A stretch of 64,000 nt of DNA from an uncultured Eubacteriales bacterium (GTDB taxonomy: Bacteria > Bacillota > Clostridia > Christensenellales > UBA1242), in assembly GCA_949878485.1 (NCBI GenBank), contig CATLAM010000005.1, positions 23,499-87,498 of the forward strand, written 5' to 3'. The notes under the pieces are model-generated. The model was not told the DNA's origin. It saw only the letters and a program-made list of their open reading frames with translations, and ran no database searches. A program made the position numbers and the translations under genes. Below, one piece after another: positions 50,370 through 58,494 of the stretch (within the stretch, counting starts at the first letter, position 1; the number at the start of each line of letters is the position of its first letter).

Positions 50370-52109
50370 TTACAATTCCTCCTTAGAGAGTTGTGACAAG
50401 GCGATTTCTTTGTAAACAGAACATTTTTTCAAAAGTTCATCATGCTTGCCAATTCCCACGACTTTTCCATTGTCTAAAACAATAATCTTGTCAGCATCTT
50501 TAATTGTGCCGATTCTTTGTGCGACAATAAACTTGGTTGCTTTGTTTGTATGCTTTGAAAGGGCTGTTCTAAGTTTTCTGTCTGTCTTATAGTCAAGTGC
50601 AGAAAAACTGTCGTCAAAGATGAAAATTTCTGGTTTTCTTGCAATTGCACGAGCAATTGAAAGTCTTTGTTTCTGTCCACCAGAAACATTTGTCCCGCCT
50701 TGAGAAATTTTGCTGTCAATTCCATCGCTCATGCGAGAAACAAAGTTGGTCGCCTGTGCAACACTTATGGATTTTTTAATAGTTTCGTCATCAGCATTAT
50801 TGTCACCGAAATCAATGTTTGACTTAACTGTTCCGCTGAACAAAACACCGCGTTGTGGAACATAACCAATCTTTTTGTTTAAATTGTCAAGTTTATAATC
50901 CTTAACATTTACACCATCAATCAGAATTTCGCCTTCTGTGCAATCATAAAGTCTTGGAATCAAATTAATAAGCGTGCTTTTTCCACTTCCTGTTGACCCT
51001 ATGAACGCCACTGTTTCGCCTTCATGTGCTTCAAAAGAAATGTTTTCCAAAACATATTCTTCCGCATCTGGATATTTAAAAGAAACATTTTTAAACACCA
51101 CTGATGCTGTGCTGTTTAAGTTTTCATCAACATATTCGCCAGAAACAATCATGTTTTCAGTGTCCAAAACTTCGTTTATTCTTTTTGCTGAAACAATTGC
51201 TCTTGGCATAAGTATGAAAATCATAATCAAAAGCATGAATGCCATAAGCACATTCATTGCATATGTTGTAAATGTCATCATGTTGGCAAAATCTGTTGGT
51301 GTCTTAACAACATAAGCACCAATCCAATATATGGCAAGGCTAAGTCCTGACATAATAAGTGTCATTCCTGGACCCAAAATGCTCATAACTCTGCCAGTAA
51401 ACAAATAAGCTTTTGTCAAATTGTTGTTATATTTAGAAAATTTTTCTTCTTGATATTCTTCCGCATTAGAAGCACGAATAACTCTTATACCTGTCAAATG
51501 TTCTCTTGTAACACGGTTAATGTCGTCAGTTAAAGTTTGAATCTTTTTAAACATAGGCATAGCCAAAACCACAATTATTGCAATCATAACAATCAATGTC
51601 AAAACTGCAACCCCAACAGCAGCAGACCAAGCTGTTGATATATTTAAAATTTTTAATATTGACCAAACCGCCAAAATTGGTGCTTTAAAAATTGCTTGCA
51701 TTCCCATTACAATGACCATTTGCACTTGAGTTATGTCATTTGTTGTTCTTGTAATCAAACTTGCTGTGGAAAACCTGCTTATTTCAGCCAAAGAAAAACC
51801 TTGCACTTTGTCATAAACTTTTTGTCTGATGTTGAAAGCAAAACGAGACGAGATGTTGGAAATTAAAAATCCATTAATAATCATTGCACCCAAACTGCCA
51901 ACAGCACAAGCCAACATATAACCACCATTGATTAATATGGTGTTTATGTCAACTTCCAAACCAAACTGCGATTTTTGAAGTTCGCCAATGATGCTTCCCA
52001 AATATTCTGGCATTCTTAAATCCAGCCAGACTTGCAAAACAACAAGACCAATCACAACAAGTAAAAAAACATAGTCTTGCCATTTTAAATTTTTAAGTAA
52101 TTTAAACAT
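50370..52109 (-). CDS. ABC exporter, fused permease/ATPase subunit (type I exporter, heterodimer partner)
   Basis: Walker A GSTGSGKST, signature VSGGQKQRL, Walker B IFIFDDSFSALD. ATG 52109 (GAGGTG upstream) is preferred over the track's GTG at 52115. Confidence 0.9.
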   Translation of the reverse strand: MFKLLKNLKWQDYVFLLVVIGLVVLQVWLDLRMPEYLGSIIGELQKSQFGLEVDINTILINGGYMLACAVGSLGAMIINGFLISNISSRFAFNIRQKVYDKVQGFSLAEISRFSTASLITRTTNDITQVQMVIVMGMQAIFKAPILAVWSILKILNISTAWSAAVGVAVLTLIVMIAIIVVLAMPMFKKIQTLTDDINRVTREHLTGIRVIRASNAEEYQEEKFSKYNNNLTKAYLFTGRVMSILGPGMTLIMSGLSLAIYWIGAYVVKTPTDFANMMTFTTYAMNVLMAFMLLIMIFILMPRAIVSAKRINEVLDTENMIVSGEYVDENLNSTASVVFKNVSFKYPDAEEYVLENISFEAHEGETVAFIGSTGSGKSTLINLIPRLYDCTEGEILIDGVNVKDYKLDNLNKKIGYVPQRGVLFSGTVKSNIDFGDNNADDETIKKSISVAQATNFVSRMSDGIDSKISQGGTNVSGGQKQRLSIARAIARKPEIFIFDDSFSALDYKTDRKLRTALSKHTNKATKFIVAQRIGTIKDADKIIVLDNGKVVGIGKHDELLKKCSVYKEIALSQLSKEEL

Positions 52110-52139
52110 TTTCACCTCGCTTAAACATAAAGTAAACTG

Positions 52140-52171
52140 ATTTTATCACACAAAAAGTTGATAAGTCAACT
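52140..52171 (-). promoter_or_regulatory. Extended -10 promoter of the ABC-exporter operon with a palindrome over the -35 box
   Basis: The minus strand reads TTGACT(52169-52164)-N18-TAAAAT(52145-52140) with TGa just upstream of the -10. The palindrome AGTTGA-taag-TCAACT (52156-52171) overlaps the -35. Confidence 0.45.
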
Positions 52172-52225
52172 AAAATTGAATTACTAAAACAAAAATCATA
52201 TAAATTTTAATCTAATTTATATATG

Positions 52226-52253
52226 AAAAAAAGTTCTTAAAAGAACCTTTTTT
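52226..52253 (-). terminator. Weak hairpin plus U-run after the seven-gene operon
   Basis: The minus strand reads AAAAAAGGTTCTTTTAAGAACTTTTTTT, a short GTTCT/AGAAC stem extended by A/U pairs and followed by a U-run. Confidence 0.35.
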
Positions 52254-52277
52254 CATTTTATTTTTATATAAAAAATT

Positions 52278-55200
52278 CTATTTTAAAGTTGGGAAATTTT
52301 CAGTTAAATCCCAGATTTTGTCATCAAAATGGAATTTGGTTTCATAACCACTTATGTTTTTCCCACAATTTTTGGCAGAACCAAAACCCACTCTGTTTCC
52401 AAATACATTTAAAGGCAAACTTGAGAAACTGTTTTCAATTTCTCCGCCAAGCCTACCAACCAAACTGCCAACTTCTGACAAATCATTTGAAAACAAAATT
52501 TCAATGGTTGAATAAGAAGTTGAAACTTTGGTTTTGTTTATCTTATCTGAATCTACAATAAATTTTCCATAAAGTCCGCCAACACAACTTTCTCCAGAAA
52601 ATTGACTTGTTTCAATTTTTCCAACTGTGTAGTTGTTGGAAGAACCAAGTTCGCCATAGCCAACAAGACCACCGAATGACATTTCTTGTGCATTGCCAGC
52701 AATATTGGCGTCGATGTTGACATGGTTTAAAGAAACATCAATCTTTTTCTCAGAAAAACTTTCAACCAAACCAACAAGACCTCCAACTTTCATTTCTTGT
52801 GCGTTATTTGCAGTAAGGTTAATTTTCAAGTTTTCAACAGAATTCTTTTTAAGTTCTGAAGTCTTTTTGCCAGCCACAATTTTTCCTGCCATGCCACCAA
52901 AAGTTACATCTTTTGCATTGATTGAAATTTCTACAACAAGGTCGCATTGGCTGTTGACAATTTTTCCACCCTTTAAATTCCCAACAATTCCACCAAGCAC
53001 GGCATTTATGTTGCAATCAAACGCAATTTCTCCAGAAACAAAACATCTTTCAATTGTGCCAACATTTGTGCCTGCAATCGTTCCAAACAATGATAGATTT
53101 TTATATTTCTCATTAAACAAATTTACATTTAAATTCTTTATCTTTCCTGAGTTTGTTGCAAAAAGGCCATTGCTGTTGTTTGAAAATTTGACATTTTTAA
53201 GTGTTTTTCCATTTCCATCCAATGTTCCTGTGAAATTAACGCTGTGCCAGATGATGTCTTTTAAATCCAAATCTTCTTGCAAAACAAACGAAGCATGGCT
53301 GGCATTGTGCAATAAAGTGTTGAATTCATTAACATTGTTGATTTCCATTCTGACAGGAAAAGCATAGAATCCAAGCAACAATAAAACTATGTTTGCAAAC
53401 CCAATTCCCATTAGGCTTAAATTTATTATTTTCAGTTTTAAAGTTGACTTATGCTTATTTAAAATGAAATAAATTAAACTTATAATTGCCACAGCAACAG
53501 AATAGATAAGTGTGCAGACCAAGAAATTGTAACTGAAACTCATGTAAACTTCCTTAGGTGCAGACAATGTTGTGATTAAAAGCACTGTTGTGAAAAGTGC
53601 AGGAAAATAAACCAAAAATCCAAGTAAAAACCTTTTTAAAAAGACATCTTTTCTTAAGTCTTTAATTTTCTTTCTGTGTTTTTCTTCCTTAACTTCTTCT
53701 TTTTCGCCAAGCGCATTGTTTAAATTATTTTCTTTTTCCAACAAATTTGTTACATTGATGGACGCTTCAAAAGTTAAATCCAAATTTTTAAGGCGTTGTT
53801 CAATTCTTAAAACGACATCATTAAATTCATCATATTTATGAGTGTTTTCCAACGTATTAACATATTCTTCAAAAGGCTGAAGTTGCAAGCGATAATAATT
53901 TACACCACGCAAAACAGATGTTCCTTCTTGCTTTTCCATCTCCAACAAAATTTTATAGTTTCTATCCAAGAATTCATTGGTCTTAAAAATGTATTGAGCC
54001 TTATCTAAAGCATCTTCGTTAAATTCTTTCTTCTTGCCTTTAAACAAATTCATCTTGCTGACAATGCCAGCATATTTTTCTGATTGCTGTTCGTTGGCAA
54101 GTGTCAAAAGTGTTGACCACTCTGGCAACTGTGTAATTTTCACATTTGAAGTGATGAGTTCTTGTTCTTTACGGCAATGTGTCTTTGCCAAAATTAAAAA
54201 CCAAAACAATTCAGCATTTTTCTTGTCTTTGTTGATGGCAATGGAAATGTATTTTTCTGCTTGAGTAAAAAATTCTAAATCCAAAAACTTTTGTGCGATG
54301 TTTTTTAACATTAATACCAATCGCTTGGCGTCAGAAACATATGAAAGATAGAAATCAATTTGATTTTGACATTTTTCAAGGTCAATAAACGCCACTTCCA
54401 TAATCATATTTATAAGTCTGGAAATAAACTCATCGCGCTGAGCACCGTTTAAAAACTTAAACACTGCTTCCAACTCATTTCGATTTTGATATGTAAGCAA
54501 ATCGTTGTCAGTCTTAAAATGATCAAACAAAACAGCATAATTGCTTTCTGCGTGACCTTCATCTATTTCCAAAATCTTGTCATAATATTTTTTGTTGTCG
54601 CTTTTTTGTGCCAAATCAAAATAAAACTTGACAATTCCGTCCACATCAGACTTTTTGAAACATCTTAAAACCTTTTCAATAAGTTCTTCATTCATTGTTT
54701 CCACAGCCAAAGCCTTTGCACTGTCAATAAAGTGCTGACGGTTTGGACTGTTGTATTTTGCAAGATATAAAAGGTAGGTGTTGTAATAAATTACATCATG
54801 CAGTTTAATTACAAGATTTTCCATGTTGTCCACAAATTCTTCGGCAAAATCTTTTGAAGCAAACTGCAAAATTCGGTCTATCTCTACAGTGTTTTTGAAG
54901 TTGGAAATATTGTCAAAAAACTCTTCTTTGGTTTTAATCTGCTTGGAAAGCATAAGTTGAGCAAGAAGCAGTTCGGCATTGTTGGAATCATTTTCAAGTT
55001 CGGTCACCAAAACTTCTTCCGCTGTGGCAAAGTCGCCATTTTTTAAAGACAAATAAATCCATTTAATTTTGCCTTCTTCTGTGATTTCCACATTATCCAC
55101 ATGATAATGCCCAAGTTCAAGCGGGTTGATTGTTTCAGTGGCTATATATTTTTTCTTTTTAGGTTGCACTTTGTCAACCTTTATTGTGTCAATTTTGGCA

Positions 55201-56069
55201 ATTTCAGATGCCGACTTTCGCATCTCTTCGCCAACCATAACTTGAATGTCGAACAAGAGAGTGTCAGAGTTTAAATCCAAAATATTTTTGCAAGATTGCA
55301 GTTCTATTGGAAGTCTTGACATATCCAAATTTGTTTTGTCGGCAATTAAAATAAAACTTGTTTTCGTTTTCTTTCTTTGAGAGATGAAATATAAATATCT
55401 TTCATAAATGCTTCTAAATGTGCTGTTCATGTTGGCATCTGTCACAAACAACAACAAAACTTTTGCCCTTTGAAGAGCATTGAATGTCACTTCTTCCAAT
55501 TCTTCGTTGTCAGGAACGACATAATTTCTAAAATTATGTTCGTTCAGTTTGTCTGAGATGTCCGACAAAACATTTTGCACTTTGCTTGTGTCAACAGCAC
55601 TTATAACGACATCAACTTTGTCTTTAATCTCTCTGTAAGCATTTCTGATTTTGTCAACACGCTTGGCAAGCGCATTATAAGTCTTGGCTGTTTCACTTGG
55701 TGCAAGTTCCACTGCACGCTTGAAATCGCTGTTGTTGAAAAGAGATGGTATATCTTCGCCAAAAAAGCGTGGTCGTTTAGACATGTTTTTATTATTAGAA
55801 TACAAAACAATTTTGCTTGTCGCAAGCGCTCTGCCATAGAAGCCAGCAAAAGAAAAAGGAAACAGTAACAGAATTTTGTTAAATTCATCCACTGCTTCTT
55901 TAAATTTAAGGTCACGGAGTTTTTCTGTTGCACCAACAATTAAAACTTCTTCTTCCTTTGAAGCCTGTTCGTCCACATAGAGAGTCCCACAAAACATACA
56001 TTTAACCATGTTTTGCCCAACAACCTTATATTGTCTGCCCCCACAATTTTTACAAACACGCTCTTTCAC
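52278..56069 (-). CDS. 1263-aa multidomain membrane protein: N-terminal zinc ribbon, TIR-like (flavodoxin-like) domain, TPR-like helical repeats, 3 TM helices, C-terminal extracytoplasmic GLUG-repeat domain
   Basis: GTG start at 56069 (GGAGA upstream). CKNCGG...CMFCG zinc ribbon. VDVVISAVDTSKV...RAKVLLLFVTDANMNSTF suggests a TIR-like fold. TPR-like motifs AELLLAQLMLSK and AELFWFLILAK. Three TM helices at about 53350-53640. The ectodomain has FTGTLDGNGKTLKNV followed by VLGGIVGN, FGGMAGK, VGGLVGLV, FGGLVGYG, VGGLYGK (GLUG motifs). Confidence 0.8.
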   Translation of the reverse strand: MKERVCKNCGGRQYKVVGQNMVKCMFCGTLYVDEQASKEEEVLIVGATEKLRDLKFKEAVDEFNKILLLFPFSFAGFYGRALATSKIVLYSNNKNMSKRPRFFGEDIPSLFNNSDFKRAVELAPSETAKTYNALAKRVDKIRNAYREIKDKVDVVISAVDTSKVQNVLSDISDKLNEHNFRNYVVPDNEELEEVTFNALQRAKVLLLFVTDANMNSTFRSIYERYLYFISQRKKTKTSFILIADKTNLDMSRLPIELQSCKNILDLNSDTLLFDIQVMVGEEMRKSASEIAKIDTIKVDKVQPKKKKYIATETINPLELGHYHVDNVEITEEGKIKWIYLSLKNGDFATAEEVLVTELENDSNNAELLLAQLMLSKQIKTKEEFFDNISNFKNTVEIDRILQFASKDFAEEFVDNMENLVIKLHDVIYYNTYLLYLAKYNSPNRQHFIDSAKALAVETMNEELIEKVLRCFKKSDVDGIVKFYFDLAQKSDNKKYYDKILEIDEGHAESNYAVLFDHFKTDNDLLTYQNRNELEAVFKFLNGAQRDEFISRLINMIMEVAFIDLEKCQNQIDFYLSYVSDAKRLVLMLKNIAQKFLDLEFFTQAEKYISIAINKDKKNAELFWFLILAKTHCRKEQELITSNVKITQLPEWSTLLTLANEQQSEKYAGIVSKMNLFKGKKKEFNEDALDKAQYIFKTNEFLDRNYKILLEMEKQEGTSVLRGVNYYRLQLQPFEEYVNTLENTHKYDEFNDVVLRIEQRLKNLDLTFEASINVTNLLEKENNLNNALGEKEEVKEEKHRKKIKDLRKDVFLKRFLLGFLVYFPALFTTVLLITTLSAPKEVYMSFSYNFLVCTLIYSVAVAIISLIYFILNKHKSTLKLKIINLSLMGIGFANIVLLLLGFYAFPVRMEINNVNEFNTLLHNASHASFVLQEDLDLKDIIWHSVNFTGTLDGNGKTLKNVKFSNNSNGLFATNSGKIKNLNVNLFNEKYKNLSLFGTIAGTNVGTIERCFVSGEIAFDCNINAVLGGIVGNLKGGKIVNSQCDLVVEISINAKDVTFGGMAGKIVAGKKTSELKKNSVENLKINLTANNAQEMKVGGLVGLVESFSEKKIDVSLNHVNIDANIAGNAQEMSFGGLVGYGELGSSNNYTVGKIETSQFSGESCVGGLYGKFIVDSDKINKTKVSTSYSTIEILFSNDLSEVGSLVGRLGGEIENSFSSLPLNVFGNRVGFGSAKNCGKNISGYETKFHFDDKIWDLTENFPTLK

Positions 56070-56079
56070 AAATTCTCCG

Positions 56080-57234
56080 TTATTTTTTAGGTTTCTTTAT
56101 GTAACTTGAAACTTCGTTGTTATAGTCTTCAAATTCTTTCAATTCTTTCTTGGTCACACTTGGTGGCAAAACTTCCAACACTCTGTCGAAGTCTGCATTG
56201 GTCACCAAAATGACACTGTCTGTGGCAATTGCCTTTAAAAGTGGCTCATCTTTTGCACGGTCGCACAATTCTTCAATGTCTGCACCACTGTAAAGTTCTG
56301 TTTGCTCCACAACTCTGTTGACATCAAAATCTTTGTCAACTGGCACACCTTTAAGTGCCTTTTCAATCATAAATTTTCTGGCAGGAGCATCTGGCAATGG
56401 AAGATAAATCTTTTGAGAGAATCTTCCAGAACGCATTGCTGCACTGTCAATGTCCCATGGTCTGTTGGTTGCACCAAGAAGAAGCAAGTTTTGATTTCTT
56501 CCCGAAACACCATCTATTTGTTGCAAAAATTCGTTGACACGCTTGTCATTGTGTGTGTCAACACCACGCTTGCCAATTAAACTGTCCATTTCATCAATAA
56601 AAATTATGGCTCTGTCCTGCTTGTTGGCTTCTTGGAAAAGCGAATTAATGTTCTTTTCACTGTCGCCAACCCATTTGCTGACAATGTCAGAGCCTTTTAT
56701 GGCATAAAACTTTGCACCAACTTCATTGGCAATCGCTTTTGCAATCATGGTTTTACCTGTCCCTGGTGGGCCATATAAAAGCACACCACCACCAGTTTTC
56801 TTGCCATACATTTTATATTTATCTGGATATTTAATTGGGTTGATCATGCGAATAGTAATGGCTTTCTTGACATCATCAAGTCCTGCAACATCACTGAAAC
56901 TGATTTTAGGCACTTCTGCTGTTTGCCATTTCTTTACATCTTCATCTTCTTCAGAATTGTTGTTTTCACCCTTAGGTTTTTCGCTTTTTTCCACTTTGAT
57001 TGGTTTCTTGTTTAAATTGTCAGTAAGTTCCACCAAACGACGAGCCCTGTCCATTCTTACTTCTTTAAGTTTTCCTTGACTTTGCTTAGCCATTTGCATC
57101 ATTACTTCACTTGCCAACAAGAAATTTCTCTTGGCAAGAGCAATGTTCCCTTGTTCTTTTGCCTGCTTGCCTTTTTTCATGTAAAGGTCAAATTTGTCAG
57201 ACAAAACACTTATGCTTGTATTTTTATCATTCAT
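56080..57234 (-). CDS. Vps4-like AAA+ ATPase with an N-terminal MIT-like three-helix domain
   Basis: Walker A GPPGTGKT, Walker B IIFIDEMD, pore loop SDIVSKWVGDSEK (compare Vps4 SDLVSKW[ML]GESEK), second region of homology GATNRPWDIDSAAMRSGRFSQKIYLPLPD (compare Vps4 GATNIPW.LDSAIRRRFE.RIYIPLP). The N-terminus KKGKQAKEQGNIALAKRNFLLASEVMMQM...RMDRARRLVELTDNL is MIT-like. The start was refined to ATG 57234. Confidence 0.85.
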   Translation of the reverse strand: MNDKNTSISVLSDKFDLYMKKGKQAKEQGNIALAKRNFLLASEVMMQMAKQSQGKLKEVRMDRARRLVELTDNLNKKPIKVEKSEKPKGENNNSEEDEDVKKWQTAEVPKISFSDVAGLDDVKKAITIRMINPIKYPDKYKMYGKKTGGGVLLYGPPGTGKTMIAKAIANEVGAKFYAIKGSDIVSKWVGDSEKNINSLFQEANKQDRAIIFIDEMDSLIGKRGVDTHNDKRVNEFLQQIDGVSGRNQNLLLLGATNRPWDIDSAAMRSGRFSQKIYLPLPDAPARKFMIEKALKGVPVDKDFDVNRVVEQTELYSGADIEELCDRAKDEPLLKAIATDSVILVTNADFDRVLEVLPPSVTKKELKEFEDYNNEVSSYIKKPKK

Positions 57235-57252
57235 TGGCAAAAAATCCTTTTT

Positions 57253-57849
57253 TTAGTTAATGTCAGATTCAATTTTCTTTCTAAGTTCTTCCATTTCTTT
57301 GTCGATGGATTCAGATGACATTTCATCTTGGCTTGCTTGTTCTTCAATAAACTTTTCAAATTCTTCATCTGACATTTCTTTGCCATCTCTTGCCTTTCCT
57401 TGATTATAGAAAGTTTCTTGGCTCATTTCCATAAAGTTATCCATTTGGTCAGCCTGAGTTTCAACAGCAGCCATTGCTTGTTCGAATTGATTTTGAATTT
57501 TGGCAAACTCTTTGGCATCTGCAAACTTTGTCATTTCCTTGCTGATGTCGCTCATGCCATGCAAAAATTCAGCAGTCATCATTGTTACATCTTTCATTTG
57601 TGCTGTGATTTCAAAATTCAAAAGCATTTCTTGAGCACGTTTTTGTTGTTGAACAGTCATCTTATAACCAGAAAGTGCCAAGTTATACTGAGCATCCAAA
57701 TCCTTTTGTTTTGCTTTTTTTGCAGCATCAATAAACACTTGTTTTTGTGCTTCAAGTTTGTTGATTTGCTTGTTCATCGAGTTGATTGTTCTTTTAATCA
57801 ACATTTTTTTCTCGATTGCCTTTTCTTCCTTAGATTTAAAAAGTCCCAT
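57253..57849 (-). CDS. ESCRT-III-like protein (Snf7/CHMP-like; PspA/IM30 superfamily is the alternative assignment), 198 aa
   Basis: MGLFKSKEEKAIEKKMLIKRTINSMNKQINKLEAQKQVFIDAAKKAKQKDLDAQYNLALSGYK... follows the CHMP/Snf7 helix alpha1-alpha2 hairpin pattern. The N-half is basic and the C-half is acidic (DGKEMSDEEFEKFIEEQASQDEMSSES), ending in an amphipathic helix DKEMEELRKKIESDIN. GGAGG RBS. Confidence 0.7.
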   Translation of the reverse strand: MGLFKSKEEKAIEKKMLIKRTINSMNKQINKLEAQKQVFIDAAKKAKQKDLDAQYNLALSGYKMTVQQQKRAQEMLLNFEITAQMKDVTMMTAEFLHGMSDISKEMTKFADAKEFAKIQNQFEQAMAAVETQADQMDNFMEMSQETFYNQGKARDGKEMSDEEFEKFIEEQASQDEMSSESIDKEMEELRKKIESDIN

Positions 57850-57852
57850 TTT

Positions 57853-58482
57853 TTATTCCTCCAATTTCGCTTTTTTCTTTTTTATTGTTTCCTTTGCAGG
57901 TTCTTCATAATCTTCTTGTGCTTGATATAAATCACGCTCGTCACTAAGTTGGTCTTCTTGTTCAAACATACTTAAAAGTTCTTCTTCCTGTTTTCCAACG
58001 CCATAAATAGGTTCGCTGACATCATAAGCCGCTTGCACTTCAGCAAACAAATCATCCGCACTTGTCAAAACATCTTCAGACTTTATTCTGGTTTGCAGTG
58101 CTTTGTTTAAAAACTTGGCAAGCCCAGTTTGGTCTTTCAAAAGTTCGCTGAGCGGAACTTTTGTCTGCGTTTTAAAGAAAGTGTTGCTGTCATAAGCGTC
58201 TTTAAGTTTGTTCATAAGGCGAATGTTGTAAAGCAAATACATTCCCCTTTCCATGCAAGTTTGTTTTTCTTCGTTTAAGTGGCTGATTTTCTTGGCATAG
58301 AAAAGTTGAAGTTCTTTATTTTTCTCTTTCTTTCCCTTTTCCTTTAATGCGTCAATCTCTTTCAACTTTTGAAAAACTTCCGCTTCCACTGTTCTTTCTT
58401 GTCTTTCCAATTCGCAAATGGAATTGACAAGGTCTTCTCTGTTAAGTTTTTTAAATTTATTTCTCTTAAATGGTAACCACAT
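57853..58482 (-). CDS. Second ESCRT-III-like coiled-coil protein (Snf7/CHMP4-6-like layout), 209 aa
   Basis: The start was refined to ATG 58482 (AAGGAG 5 nt upstream). LVNSICELERQERTVEAEVFQKLKEIDALKEKGKKEKNKELQLFYAKKISHLNEEKQ resembles the Snf7 alpha1-alpha2 hairpin. Acidic C-terminal region EEELLSMFEQEDQLSDERDLYQAQEDYEE followed by a Lys-rich tail. Confidence 0.55.
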   Translation of the reverse strand: MWLPFKRNKFKKLNREDLVNSICELERQERTVEAEVFQKLKEIDALKEKGKKEKNKELQLFYAKKISHLNEEKQTCMERGMYLLYNIRLMNKLKDAYDSNTFFKTQTKVPLSELLKDQTGLAKFLNKALQTRIKSEDVLTSADDLFAEVQAAYDVSEPIYGVGKQEEELLSMFEQEDQLSDERDLYQAQEDYEEPAKETIKKKKAKLEE

Positions 58483-58494
58483 AGTCACTCCTTT

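Noticed and set aside
52693-53367. 224-aa plus-strand ORF, plus 57400-57930, 56726-57079 and 59188-59508 within the seven-gene operon
   Set aside because: They lie antisense or out of frame relative to ORFs with strong motif support (GLUG repeats, AAA+ motifs, ESCRT-III-like, SPFH). They have low-complexity composition and no RBS.
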